Counted from the first letter of the stretch, positions 45,201 to 56,981 are shown. The stretch: 64,000 nucleotides of DNA from an uncultured Chloroflexia bacterium (GCA_963810095.1 CAWEMM010000001.1:64001-128000); one strand, 5' to 3'. Notes: generated by a model from the sequence alone, not told the origin. Made by a program: numbers and translations.

Positions 45201-46372
45201 TGCAGGCGGATGCGTCGGTGGCCGAGCTGCGCGGAAACAACATCAAGGTTGACTTCCACCTCTCGGGCGCCATGACGAACAGCAAGATCGCGTTGACGGC
45301 CACAGCGGACAATCCGTACACCCTCAAGGTGTCGGACATGTTCACCGCGATGCCCTACGAGAACTCGCTGCTCGTGCTCAAGATGAATGGCCCGCAGTTG
45401 AAGACCGTGCTGGAGCGCGCGTACCGGAACTACTTCTACTACAAGTATGTGCCGGGCTACGGCGGCTACTCCTACTACACCACCTGCATGATCGACACGG
45501 ACAAGGGCAACGTCATCAAGTACGCGGACCTCTATCCGACACCGCCGAACAGCAGCAATCCGAACAACGTCGTCTCGCTGACCATTCAGGGCAAGCCCGT
45601 TGACTTCAGCGACGCGAACACCTACTACAACGTGTCGACCGTGAACTACCTGGCTGCCGGCTCGTGCAACTTCAACGACAACGGCAAGACGCTCTGGCCG
45701 CTGGACCAGATCGTGGCCGACACGCAGTACTACGTCCGCGACGCGGTGATCAACTACACCAAGGCTCAGACTGCACCGATCAACCCGCAGATCGAAGGCC
45801 GCCTGCAGTTCCAGAACACCCCGCCCCTCGGCATGTTCACCAAGACGTTCAAGTCGAACGCCGACACCTATCTCGCCAAGGGTCTGCCGACGATCGCGTA
45901 CGGCACCTACCCGCAGATGTTCGTGGGCGCCAGCGATGGACTCCGCTCGGCTCTGGCGTTCAACGTGGCGGCGATCAACACGACGGCTACGGTCAAGAGC
46001 GCCACAGTGAGCGTCTACGTCGAGGCCGTGGGTGGCGGAGGCTCGCCCGCCCAGCTCGAGGCCTACGAGATACTCACCCCGTGGCAAGAGCTGACCGCCA
46101 CCTGGAACACGCCGTGGACCGCCAAGGGCGGCGACCTGGCCGGCCCGGTTGGCAGCACGTCGATTAGCAGCGCCAACATCGGCAAATGGATCAAGGTCGA
46201 TGTGACGTCGCTCGTCCAGAAATGGGTGAGCACCCCGGCGGCGAACTACGGCACGATGCTGAGGCTGGGCAACCAGACCAGCTTCACGCAGTATCGCCTG
46301 CCGACCCGCGAGCACTGGAACAAGGCGCTGGTGCCGGTGCTTGAGGTTACCTACGAAGCCCCGATCCAGTAA
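42278..46372 (+). CDS. Large secreted bifunctional 5'-nucleotidase/cyclic phosphodiesterase: two metallophosphatase + 5'-NT C-terminal modules and a DNRLRE-like tail; indels near 43345 and 44850
   Basis: Signal peptide; HTNDFHG/GD/GNHEFD/GGHSH; second HHNDSHG/GDNIQG/GNHEFN; LPFGN and MPYEN substrate domains; tail ADTYL..LRSALAFNV..W.E..ATWN..DVT.LVQ.W..NYG. Confidence 0.88.
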
Positions 46373-46439
46373 GGATCGTGACGTGGCGTGGCAACCGTGC
46401 GGGGGTCTCGGCGCCTGCACGGTTGCCCTCTGACGATCA

Positions 46440-46536
46440 GCCGCAGAGGTCACGGGGTGCTCAGAAGGTTTCGGAGAGGTGAGAGGGGTCTCCGCCTCGC
46501 CTCTCCAGCCTCTGGCGTCCCTGTGACCTCTGTGGC
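46440..46536 (+). repeat. Intergenic palindromic element, subfamily C (CCGCAGAGGTCAC.../...GTGACCTCTGTGG)
   Basis: gccgcagaggtcacgggg pairs with ccctgtgacctctgtggc; inner ggagagg/cctctcc; about 9-nt period. Confidence 0.8.
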
Positions 46537-46556
46537 AAGACAGACCAAGGTTTGCT

Positions 46557-47580
46557 ATGTTCCTCACCACTCACCTGCCCCGCTACCCGCTCGCTTTCCT
46601 GCCCACGCCCCTGCATCCCCTGCCGCGCCTGAGCGCATGGCTTGCCGAGCAGGGGGTGGCGGCGGAGATGTGGATCAAGCGCGACGACCAGACCGGGTTA
46701 GCGCTGGGGGGGAATAAAACGCGCAAGCTCGAATTCCTCCTTGCGGACGCGCTCGAGCAGGGCTGCGACACACTGATCACCACCGGCGCGGTGCAGTCGA
46801 ACCACTGCCGGCAGACGGCAGCCGCGGCCGCACGGGCTGGGCTCGCCTGCCACCTGGTGCTCGGCCATGCTTCTCCAGAGGCACAGCCGCCGGCCGCGCC
46901 CAACGGCAATCTGCTGCTCGACCTGCTTTCGGGCGCCACGCTGCACTGGACCACCCGGGAAAACCGGATTAACCGGCTGCACGAGCTGGAGGCCGAGCTG
47001 AGGGACGAGGGCAAGCGGCCCTACTTCATCACTTACGGCGGCTCCGACGCTGTCGGCGCGTCCGGCTATGCGGTGGCGATGGAAGAGGCCCTCGACCAGG
47101 CGCGGGCGGCGGGGGTCGAGTTCGACCTGGTCGTGATCGCGTCGAGCTCGGGCGGCACGCAGGCCGGGCTGGCCGCAGGCGCGTGGGCGCTCGGCGCGGG
47201 CGTGCCCATCCTGGGCATCAGCATCGACGAGCCGCAGGAAAAGCTCCAAGAGCACGTGGCTGCGCTCGCGTCGGACACCAGCCTGCGCGTGAGCCTGGCG
47301 CACACCTTTGCCCCGTCCGACATCCTGGTCGACGCGGGATATCTCGGCGGCGGCTACGGTGTCGTGGGCGACCTCGAACGCGAGGCGGTCGGGACTGATG
47401 GCCCGCACCGAGGGCATCCTGCTCGACCCCGTCTATACCGGGCGCGCGTTTGGCGGGCTGCTCGATATCCTCCGGCACACGCCTGAGTGGCTGGCCCCTG
47501 CCGGCCGAGCGCCCCGTATTCTCTTCTGGCACACGGGGGGCGCGCCGGCGCTCTTCGCCTACGCGGCCGACATCCTGTAA
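46557..47580 (+). CDS. D-cysteine desulfhydrase/ACC deaminase family PLP enzyme, indel near 47390
   Basis: [57 protein letters not shown]. Confidence 0.92.
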
Positions 47581-47672
47581 GCGCGGCCGGCCCTTGGACG
47601 AGGATCGTCGCGCCCACTGCCTCACAACCCCCTGGGGCGCCCCCGCGTCGCCAATCCCGCGGAGTAACACGC

Positions 47673-48865
47673 ATGCAACTTCCACGCACCGCAGATGTTG
47701 TAGTCATTGGGGGCGGCATTATCGGCTGCGCCGCCGCCTTCTTCCTGCACCGGGCCGGACTTCGGCCGGTCATCGTCGAGCGCCTGCCCGCACTCGCCGG
47801 CCTTGCGACCGCCCAGTCGATGGAGGCGATGCGCGCCCAGTTCGTCGAGCCGGAGAACCTCGCGATGATGGCCGAGAGCATTGCGTTCTACGAGCGCTTC
47901 GACGAGGAGACCGGTCTGGGTTTGCGGCTTGGCGCGCCCTACGACATCGGCTTGCACCAACAGGGCTACCTGTTCCTCAGCACGCAGGAAGACGCGCCCC
48001 AGCGCTTTAGCCAGCGGGTTGCGGCGCAGCACGCGCTCGGGACTCGCGCGATGTAGAGTATCTCGAACCCGGGGAGGTGCACCTGCGCTTCCCATACGTG
48101 ACGGGTGACGTCACCGCGGCAACCTACCGGGCGCGCGACGGCTGGCTGTCGGCGAACGAGGCCGCCTACGGGTTCGCGAGCGCGTCGGAGGCAACGCAGG
48201 CACTGGGCGTAACGGTGATCGGCTTTCGCCGCAACAAGCGAGGTATCATCGGGGTTGAGACGGATGCGGGCCCGATCGACGCCGGCGCGGTGGTGCTCTC
48301 GGCCGGGCCGTATGCCAGGCAGCTCGCGGCGCTCGCCGGCGTCGACCTGCCCCTGGTCAATTTGCGGCGGCACCGGGTAACCATCGGCGGCCAGCCGCTG
48401 ATCCCGCAGTGGGCGCCGATGACGATCGACCAGGACACGGGCGCACACTGGCGGCCTGAGAGCGGCGGCGCAGCGCTGGCCTGGGCACAGAGTCACGAGC
48501 AGCCGATGGAGCCGGTGGACCACGTCCGCGCCAACCCGGACTTCCCCTTCGAGGTGCTCGAAGGGGTGTCCCGGCTGTGCGCGTTCTGGGAAGCGGTGGC
48601 GGGCTCGCTCAAGAAGAGCCAGGTGCACCTGGGCGCGGGACAGTACACCCTCACGCCGGACGACCGGCCGGTCATCGGCCCGCACGACGCGCTCACGGGC
48701 CTGTATTTCAATTGTGGTTATGGCGGGCACGGCGTCATGGCTGCCCCCGGAGGGGGCCGGCTGCTGGCCGACCTGGTCACCGGGCGAATCGCGGATCAGG
48801 ACAACCCGTTCACCTATCGCCGCCTGGCCGGCCTGGACATTGCCGCGCACCAGCGATTGCTCTGA
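47673..48865 (+). CDS. FAD-dependent oxidoreductase (DAO/sarcosine oxidase beta-like), indel near 48045
   Basis: DVVVIGGGIIG, QGYLFL, DGWL, YTLTPDDRPVIG, GYGGHGVMAAP. Confidence 0.88.
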
Positions 48866-48981
48866 GTTCGCTTCGTGGCTGGCGCTCATTTGCACGCAGC
48901 GCTGGTCGCTCATTGCGCGGGCCAGCAATCGCGCGCTATACTAGTTACCGGTTACCTGATCCCACCCAATAGGAACCATCC

Positions 48982-50041
48982 ATGATCATTCTCTATCTCT
49001 TACTCGGTCTCCTCCTGCTCATCGTACTGGCTGTGTTCGTGTTTGCGGCGGCCGGCGCGGGCGAGACCATCGCGTGGTGGACCCGGCGCGGCACCAGCCG
49101 TGCCCCGGTCGACTCGCCCATCGTAATCCCCCCACCCGACCCAAACAAGCCCATCGCCGATCAATACATCATTTACCTGAGCGGCGTAGGGCGCGACAGC
49201 GGCGAAGTGGTGCCTGCCAAGGAGGCGCACTTCCTCGACATGGTCGAGAAGGGCGTAGCCCGGCTCGGTGATCGTGCGCGACGTCTTCCCCTACTCGCCC
49301 AGCAGCACGCCGCTCACCGAACACAGGCCGGCGAGGAAGATTTACGCCCTTCTGCCCAAGCTCGCACGCCGCGGGCGCAACTGGATGTTCTTCTATCACA
49401 TCATCTATTTCCGCAACATGCTCCAGGTCTGCTCCTCGCGCGATTCCTTCTTCGGGCCCTACTACACGTACGGCTTTGCCAAGGAGATGATCAAGGGCCT
49501 GCTGCGGTACGGCTACCGGCCGGACGACCCGCGTCCGGTCACCATTCTCTGCATCAGCGGCGGTGGTCACTTGTCGCAGGCGGCCGCACCGTATATGAAG
49601 GAGTGGCTGGGCTGCAAGCTGCGGGTGGTCTCGGTGGGCAGCATCTTCACCGACGAGCCGGGCACCGAGGACCTGGCGGAGATCGTGCACCTGTCGGGTG
49701 GCGCAGACGCGACGCAGTACGTGGGGCACATCCTCGGCTACAAGAGCTGGCCCATCTTCCCCAATTCGATCTGGAACCGGTTCGTCCGCTCGGGCAGGTA
49801 CCACGTGATTCCAATCGGGCCGATGAAGCACATGGGCTGGGGCGATTACTTCTCCCGCTCGGTGAAACTGCCGGACGGGACACCGCACGTGGAGCGGACC
49901 GCCGAGGTCGTGATCGGCCTCCTGACCCCACCCGTCGACGGTGCCGGCCATCCGACGCCCCGCCCATCGGCGTCGCCTGCGCTTGGCCCGGCGTGGGAGC
50001 AGCGTGCGACGCCATCTCCGATGCTGACAGGGGAGGCGTAA
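48982..50041 (+). CDS. Membrane-anchored putative alpha/beta-hydrolase-like protein, indel near 49260
   Basis: N-terminal TM, IIYLSGVG, DVFPYS, possible nucleophile elbow LCISGGG, late His (MKHMGWGDYF). Confidence 0.55.
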
Positions 50042-50042
50042 C

Positions 50043-50615
50043 GTGGAGGCACCGCTGTTTCGAGAAGGGATTGTGATGCTGCTGTTGGCAGCGGCATCGT
50101 ACACGATCGCGCACGGCGGGCGGCTGCTGATGCACCGCGCGCGCTGGCCGGTCTGGCTTGCGGGCACGCTCTTCGGTTACGCCGCGTTTCTGACCAGCCG
50201 GGTTGCGCTTGCCGCCTGCGCTTGGGTCGTCTTCCGGGTGTTGTTCGACCGAGCGCCCGATCCGTGGGTGCTTGTCGGCCTGGTCGGAATTGCGAGCGCA
50301 CCCTTGCTGCTCTCGTTTGTGAACCTGACGCCCTTCTATGGGCCGGGCGTGATGCGGGTCCTGTACTTCATCTCGCTGATCTGGCTCACCAGCGTGACGA
50401 GCAGCGAGCTCGGCATGGACTGGCTGGGGTGTCTGGGTTGGTGGGTCGCGGCCTGGCTGCTGCTCGCCGGCGTCAGCTTCGCCTTCACGTGGTCCCTGCG
50501 CCACGCTCGTTGGCTCGCCTGGACCGGCATCCTCGGCCCCTTCCGTACGACGCCGCAAGCCGTCATGGCCGAGATGCCGGGCATGCAAGACGCTGTCTGG
50601 ACGCGCGAAAGCTAG
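50043..50615 (+). CDS. Multi-pass membrane protein of unknown function
   Basis: Five to six hydrophobic segments; starts 1 nt after the previous stop. Confidence 0.65.
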   Translation: MEAPLFREGIVMLLLAAASYTIAHGGRLLMHRARWPVWLAGTLFGYAAFLTSRVALAACAWVVFRVLFDRAPDPWVLVGLVGIASAPLLLSFVNLTPFYGPGVMRVLYFISLIWLTSVTSSELGMDWLGCLGWWVAAWLLLAGVSFAFTWSLRHARWLAWTGILGPFRTTPQAVMAEMPGMQDAVWTRES

Positions 50616-50687
50616 GTGCGGCGGTTAGAAGAGGGCGGCAGCCTTCGCTCGCGCTGGAGCGCAGGCCGCCCCATACGAGAGGATTGA

Positions 50688-51764
50688 ATGGCGGAGAAAG
50701 ATCTCGGCTTTGTCGAACTCGAGTGGACCTGTCCATCGTGCAACGCGCGGAACCCGGGCAGCGCCCTTAAGTGCCAGCAGTGCGGCGCCCCCATGCCCGC
50801 CGAAACGAAGTTCGACCTGGGGGCCGAAGACAAGGTCGTCACCGACAAGGACAAGATCGCGGCCGCACAGGCCGGCCCGGACATCTACTGCGGCTACTGC
50901 GGCACCCGCAACGCGGCCACGGCGAAGGTGTGCCGCCAGTGTGGAGCGGCGCTGGCCGAAGGGAAAGCACGCGAGCTTCAGGGCACCGTTGGGGCTTTCG
51001 GCGACAAGCCCGCGGCCCCACTGATCTGTCCGAGCTGCGGCGCCGAGAACAAGCCGTCGGCGCTCAAATGCGTCAAATGCGGCGCAGTCCTCGGCAAGCC
51101 CGAGCGGGCGGCCCCGACCGCGCCCGCCGGCACAGGGCCCGGGTGCCGCGTCGCGCTGATCCCGCTCATTGTCGTGGGCGTGGTCCTCCTGATCGGAGCA
51201 TTCCTTCTTATCCGCACCGCCACCCGCACCAGCGCCACCGTGGGCCAGGTGGCCGACCACGGCTGGCGGCGCACCGTCGCCATCGAGGTGCTGGGCCCGG
51301 TGGAACGCGAGAGCTGGCGCAGTCAACTGCCCGGGGGAGTCGACGTGCTCGCCTGCCGGCAGGAGGTGTACCAGGTGGTCGACCAGCCCGTTGCGGGCGC
51401 GCGCGAAGTCTGCGGCACCCCGTACGTGGTCGACACCGCGACGGGCTATGGCAAGAAGAAACAGGACTGTCAATACGAGGTGCTGGCCGACTTCTGCCGC
51501 TACCGCACGACCGCCTGGGTTGCCGCAGCGCCACTCGTCCTGGAGGGCAGCGACCTTAACCCCCGCTGGCCTGCCGCGAACTTGGGCTCGAACCAACGCC
51601 GGGGCAGCCAGAGCGAAGAGTACTACGTGGTGTTCCGCGCCAATGACCGGGAGTATAAATACACGACGCGCAGCCTGGACGAGTACCTGCGACTGGCCCA
51701 AGGCGGACCGTGGAAGCTTACCATCAACGGGTTCGGACAGATTACCGGCATCGAACCTGGCTAA
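50688..51764 (+). CDS. Triple zinc-ribbon single-pass membrane protein
   Basis: WTCPSC..N..CQQCG, YCGYCG.RN..CRQCG, CPSCG.EN..CVKCG, TM helix, Cys-containing external domain; RBS GAGGA. Confidence 0.8.
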   Translation: MAEKDLGFVELEWTCPSCNARNPGSALKCQQCGAPMPAETKFDLGAEDKVVTDKDKIAAAQAGPDIYCGYCGTRNAATAKVCRQCGAALAEGKARELQGTVGAFGDKPAAPLICPSCGAENKPSALKCVKCGAVLGKPERAAPTAPAGTGPGCRVALIPLIVVGVVLLIGAFLLIRTATRTSATVGQVADHGWRRTVAIEVLGPVERESWRSQLPGGVDVLACRQEVYQVVDQPVAGAREVCGTPYVVDTATGYGKKKQDCQYEVLADFCRYRTTAWVAAAPLVLEGSDLNPRWPAANLGSNQRRGSQSEEYYVVFRANDREYKYTTRSLDEYLRLAQGGPWKLTINGFGQITGIEPG

Positions 51765-51886
51765 GCGGCCCTGATGGCGTCCTGACGCCAAGCTGCAGAG
51801 CGCAGCCACGGGTAGTCGTCGCCGCGCCCGCGTGTTCGCTGTGGAATCACCGTCTGATTCACCCACCTGTCTCACGGAGCAGAACA

Positions 51887-53492
51887 ATGTCGCGCCTCAC
51901 GCCTCTCCGCATCCTGCTTGTCGCGGCAGTTGTGCTTTCATTCGCGGGCAACGCCGTGGCGGCGCCTCCCGCACCCGCGATCTCGGACAGTGACCCGCTC
52001 CCGGCTTTCACCCACGTCGAGGCTCCAGACCCCGTCATCCACTGGATGGTGGACCAGGTGCAGCAGGATACGGTGCGCCAATACGACGGCGACCTGAGCG
52101 GCGAGCAGCCGGTGATGATCCGCGGCAGCTCGTACACCATCAAGACCCGCAACACGAACAGCGGCGACGCCGGTACAGCAAGCCACCTATTACGTGGGCG
52201 ACCACCTGCGGAGCCTTGGCCTGACGGTCGAAGAGCACCGCTGGGGACCCGCAGCTGCGCCCAACATCATCGGCGAGAAGACCGGCACGTCACGGCCCGG
52301 CGACATTTTCATGATTACCGCGCACCTGGACGACATGCCCACCGGCGCCACCGCGCCGGGCGCGGACGACAATGCCAGCGGCTCGACGGCGGTCCTCGTC
52401 GCGGCCGACGTGCTGTCACAGTTCAGCTGGAACTGCACGCTCAGGTTCGCGTTGTGGACCGGCGAAGAGCAGGGGTTGTTGGGCAGCGACAAATACGCGC
52501 AGCGGTCGAAAACTAACCACGAGAACATCGTGGGCGTGCTGAACCTCGACATGATCGGCTGGAACACCCCGGACAGCCCACCCGGCATTGACCTGAACGC
52601 AAACAAGGCGTACCCGGCAACGGTCGACCTGGCGAACCAAATGGCGAGCGTGATCCAAGCGTACGATCTGGACCTCGTGCCCGAAGTCCTCGATTACGGC
52701 GAAGAGGCGAGCGACCACGCGTCCTTCTGGAAGGCCGGCTACGCCGCGATCCTGGGCATCGAGGATTACTACCCCGGCGAGCATGACTTCGATCCGTACT
52801 ATCACAAGACCACCGACAAGCTGTCGACGCTGAACCTGCCCTACTTCACCGAGTTCGTCAAGGCAGCCGTGGCAGAGACCGCGCACATGGCGGGGTGCCT
52901 GACCACCGGAATCGCGCAGGGCCAGGTGGTCGCGAGCCACGACGGCTCCCCGATCGCCAACGCTGAGATCAAGCTGAAGGACGCCGCGGGCCGCGAGTAC
53001 GTGCTGCAGGCGGGCGCCGACGGCCGGTACAACCAGGGCGTTCCGCCGGGAAGCTACACGGCAGGCGTCGATGCCTACGGTTACGCCACCGGTGGGTGGA
53101 GTGGCATCACCGTGGCGGCGAATGGCACCACGACGCAGGACTTCGCGCTTGCGGCACAGGCGCCGGTGGCACCCCTCGCCTCGGTGGGGTTGGATGGCGG
53201 CGAGGTCAAGCTCGATTGGCGGCACGTCAGCCCGAACACGGCGTACGAAGTGCATCGGAGCCTTGCCCCTTACTTCTCACCCGACGTCCGAACGCGCGTC
53301 GCGGCACTCGACGCGTCACACCCGCCCGCGCCAGACGAGGCGCTGAGTTACCGCGACGGCGAGAGCGCCGCGGGCGATGCAGGCACCAATCATTTTTACC
53401 TCGTGCTCGGGGTGAATGCGGCCGGCGGCGGTGCGGCGTCGGCGCGCCGTGGCGAGTTCGACTTCGAGCTTACCCCGCCCGCTGGCCCGTAA
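51887..53492 (+). CDS. Secreted M28 aminopeptidase with carboxypeptidase-regulatory-like and C-terminal beta domains, indel near 52170
   Basis: Signal peptide; AHLD, GADDNASG, GEEQGLLGS, NLDMIG, SDHASF, YHKTTD. Confidence 0.88.
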
Positions 53493-53592
53493 GTTACATG
53501 CTGGTGCAACCACCCGCGAGATGCTGCATCGAATGCGTTCGACTGGACGAAGAATGAGACCGCCAGGATCAAGGACTGAAAGGAAGCCGAAG

Positions 53593-54015
53593 ATGAATCG
53601 AGGAGCAATACTTGTGATGCTACTGAGCTTGACTGTCGCCGCGCTCGGCGCCTGTGGGGGGTCTGCGCCCTCGGCCGCCGCGCCCCAGGTCGACGTCAGC
53701 AACCTGCCTGACAACGTCAGCGTCGCACAGACGAAGGCGCTGTTGGGCCGATCGGACGTTCTTATCCTCGACGTACGCGAGCAGCAGGAGTACGACCAGG
53801 GGCACATCCCCGGCGTCACGCTGATCCCGACGGGCGAAGTCCCGAACCGCTTGAGCGAAATCCCCAAGGACAAGCCGGTCATTGTCACCTGCCGCTCGGG
53901 GAATCGCAGTGCAGCCGTGACGAAGCTCCTGCGCGAGCAGGGATACACGAACGTTCACAATATGGAAGGGGGCATCGTGGCGTGGCAGGGCGCCGGTTAC
54001 CCTGTCGAGAAGTAG
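53593..54015 (+). CDS. Single-domain rhodanese lipoprotein
   Basis: Lipobox LGAC, LDVRE..EY..GHIPG, active site CRSGNRS, MEGGIVAW. Confidence 0.9.
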   Translation: MNRGAILVMLLSLTVAALGACGGSAPSAAAPQVDVSNLPDNVSVAQTKALLGRSDVLILDVREQQEYDQGHIPGVTLIPTGEVPNRLSEIPKDKPVIVTCRSGNRSAAVTKLLREQGYTNVHNMEGGIVAWQGAGYPVEK

Positions 54016-54039
54016 CTTTAGCAGAAAGGCAGAAGACAC

Positions 54040-54867
54040 GTGAAGCGCGATACGAGTGACACCATCCGCCAAATTGCGGTCTGGGTAGCCTTCGTGGCTA
54101 CCATCATCGTCAACGGGATGGCCGGCAGCAGCGCTGCGCTCAACGGTCAAGTGACCGGGGACGTCGCGAACCGCTACATCGGCCGCAATCTCTGGCTGCC
54201 GGCCGGCTATGTCTTCGCCATCTGGGGCCTTATCTACGTCGGCCTCATCGCATACGCCATCTATCAGAGCCTTCCTTCGCAGCGCGCTAATCCGAGGCTG
54301 CGCGCAATCGGATGGGCCTTCGTGGTCTCGTGCCTGGCCAACATCGTATGGCTCTTCTTCTTTCAGTACTCGTCGAACCCCGATCCGAACGGCAGCCCGA
54401 ACACCCTGCTGTTGATCCTGTCCGTAGTTGCCATGCTGGTCCTCCTCGGGGCGCTGATCTGGATCTACCTCGCCCTGCGGGCCGGCAACCCGACGATCTC
54501 TCGCGGGGAACGCTGGGCGGTGCGCCTGCCCTTCAGCATCTACCTGGGCTGGATCACGGTCGCGACGATCGCCAACATCTCGCATGTACTGGTCGCCAGC
54601 GGCTGGACCGGGCAGCCCCTGCCATCCTTGCTGTGGCTGATCATCATGTACATCGCTGCGCTGGCCATCGCCGCGCTGGTTGCGTTTACGCAGCGCGATG
54701 TGGCCTACCTGCTGGTGCTGGCGTGGGCCTTCGCCGGCATCGCGGTCAATTACAGCAACCTGACCGCCGTCCTGATCAGTTCTGTGCTCGCGACGCTCGT
54801 GGTGCTCGTGCTAACCGTCCTGGTGGCCGCCCGCGGAGCGTGGCAGGGGAAGGCCTACGCGGCATGA
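54040..54867 (+). CDS. Tryptophan-rich sensory protein (TspO-like) membrane protein
   Basis: PAGYVFAIWGLIY, PFSIYLGWITVATIAN, multiple TM segments. Confidence 0.8.
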   Translation: MKRDTSDTIRQIAVWVAFVATIIVNGMAGSSAALNGQVTGDVANRYIGRNLWLPAGYVFAIWGLIYVGLIAYAIYQSLPSQRANPRLRAIGWAFVVSCLANIVWLFFFQYSSNPDPNGSPNTLLLILSVVAMLVLLGALIWIYLALRAGNPTISRGERWAVRLPFSIYLGWITVATIANISHVLVASGWTGQPLPSLLWLIIMYIAALAIAALVAFTQRDVAYLLVLAWAFAGIAVNYSNLTAVLISSVLATLVVLVLTVLVAARGAWQGKAYAA

Positions 54868-54870
54868 TGC

Positions 54871-55820
54871 ATGGCTGAGGTCGTCAGCATCCTTCTGCCG
54901 ATCTTCGCCGTCATCGGGCTGGGCGCGGCGCTGCGCTACAGTGGCTTTGCGTCGCCCCAGCTCTTCCGCGAGACTAACCGGCTTGTCTACTGGGTAGCAC
55001 TGCCCGCGTATCTATTCTACAAAACGGCCGAGTCGCAGCTGCAGGGCGACGCGGCCGTCCGCGTATTCGCGGTGCTGACCGGCGCGATGGTGCTTTCGAT
55101 CGCGTTGGGCTACCTTGTCGCGCGGGTGCTGCGACTCACACCCCGCACGACCAGCGCGTTCGTGCAGGGCAGCTATCGCAGCAACCTGGCGTATGTGGGG
55201 CTTCCGATCGTGCTGCTGGCGGTGGCGGCGCACGGCGGCGACCAGCAGGCCGCGCTCCAGGCGCTGGGGGTCGTTTCGATCGCGCTGCTCACGCCCATTT
55301 ACAACTTCGTGGCCGTCTTCGTGTTGCTGGCCGGCCGGGAGGGCAGCCGGGAACAGTTGCCGCAGCGACTGCGCGAACTGGTCTACCGGCTGGTCACCAA
55401 CCCACTGATCCTGTCGTGTGGGGCCGGACTGCTGGTGATGGCGCTGGGCTGGCGTCTGCCACAGCCGCTGCGCGAGACGCTCAAAATCGTCGGCGACATG
55501 ACCACGCCTCTCGCCCTGCTGGGCATCGGCGGGGCGCTTTCCTTCACGACGCTCCGGCTCCATGCCGTCAATGCCTCGGCCGCCGCCGTCATCAAGACGG
55601 TTGCCGCGCCGCTGTTTGGCCTCGGCGATCGCCGATGGCATTGGGCCTGTCGCAGCCCGAGACGCGCATGGCCCTCATCTTCCTCGCCTGCCCCACGGCC
55701 GCCGCGTCCTACGTCATGGCACAGCAGCTTGGCTCGGACGACGGGCTGGCGGCAAACATCATCGTGGTGTCGACGCTGTTCGCGATGCCGGCACTGGCGG
55801 CAATCGTTGCGCTGACCTGA
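54871..55820 (+). CDS. AEC (auxin efflux carrier) family transporter, indel near 55630
   Basis: LLPIF, NRLVYWVALPA, RSNLAYVGLP, NPLI, PLALLGIG, CPTAAASYVMA. Confidence 0.9.
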
Positions 55821-55856
55821 CGACGGGCGCGCGGCGTGCTTCTGCCTGCCGTCCTG

Positions 55857-56598
55857 CTATCGCCGCCAGGCGATGTGTTCGCCCCCGTCCACCTCGATTA
55901 CGGTCCCCGTTATGTAGCTGGCCCGGACCAGGAACACGACGGCCTCGGCAACATCTTCCGGGCTGCCCCACCGGCCAAGCAGCGTGCGCGCCGCGCTCGC
56001 CTGCATCTGCTTCTCGGTGTAGCCAGGGGGCGGCAGGACCGGGCCAGGTGCAACCGCGTTGACGCGCACATGTGGGGCCAATTCCAAGCGCCAGGCTCTT
56101 GGTCAGGCTCACGATGCCCGCCTTGCCTGCCGAGTGCGCGATGTGATTTGGAAACGGCACGAAGGCGGACAGGTCGGTGATGTTGACGATCGCGCCGTCG
56201 CCATGGGCCGCGAGGTGCGGGGCGGCCGCGTGCGAGGTGAAGGCAACGCCCTTGAGGAGAATGGCCGTCACCTGGTCCCAGTCCGCCTCGTTGAGTTCAG
56301 CGAACTTCGTCCGCTTCCAAAGGGAGGCGCTGTTGACCAGGATGTCGAGCCGGCCGAGCGCCGAAACAGTCCCGTCGACCAGGGCGCGGCACTCTGCCAC
56401 CCGGCCCGCATCGGCCTGCTGCGCGTGCGCGCGGCGCCCGAGCGCTTCGATCTCGCGCTGCGTCTGCTCCGCCTCGGCCGTGGAGGCGTGGTAGCTGAAT
56501 GCGACGTCGGCGCCGGCCTGCGCGAGCGCTACGACGATCGCCTTGCCGACGCGCACCGCGCCGCCCGTCACCAAGGCGACTTTGCCGTGAAGGTCCAC
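55857..56598 (-). CDS. SDR oxidoreductase (FolM/pteridine reductase-like), indel near 56085
   Basis: ALVTGGAVRVG, LVNSAS, IVNITD, HSAGK at the YxxxK position, VRVNAVAPG, ITG..I.VDGG. Confidence 0.85.
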
Positions 56599-56603
56599 TT
56601 CGC

Positions 56604-56981
56604 CTACCTTTCGCGAATGATCGGAAGTCGCCGAATCCGTATCCGGTTCTGTTCGAAAACGACCAGGCTGCCATCGAGCAATGCACCGGTGATCGCCTCG
56701 AGATTGTTGACCAGGAGCGCGACCTGCTGGAGGGGGACTCGTTCTGCCGATCGCCGAAAAAGAATCACCGAGGGTATGCTCGCTGCACGACTTGCGAGCA
56801 GGGTGCCGAAGTCAGTATCCGCAGAAATCAGGGTCCGACCCTCGTCCGCGGCCAGCTCGAATATCGCCTCATCCGCTGCCCTTTGCATGCCGCGATCGCG
56901 CACGTGCACCGCGTCATGCCCTGCCTCGCCTAACGCTTGGGCCAGCACGGGCGAGAGTGCATTGTCGACGAGGAACTTCAT
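56604..56981 (-). CDS. DUF5615 PIN-like toxin (VapC45-like)
   Basis: [36 protein letters not shown]; ATGA overlap with DUF433. Confidence 0.9.
   Translation of the reverse strand: MKFLVDNALSPVLAQALGEAGHDAVHVRDRGMQRAADEAIFELAADEGRTLISADTDFGTLLASRAASIPSVILFRRSAERVPLQQVALLVNNLEAITGALLDGSLVVFEQNRIRIRRLPIIRER

Noticed and set aside
44639-46570. Long antisense ORFs (e.g. 44639..46570, 5105..6628, 15094..16560, 60300..61610)
   Set aside because: Shadow ORFs expected opposite high-GC coding sequence; no recognisable motifs
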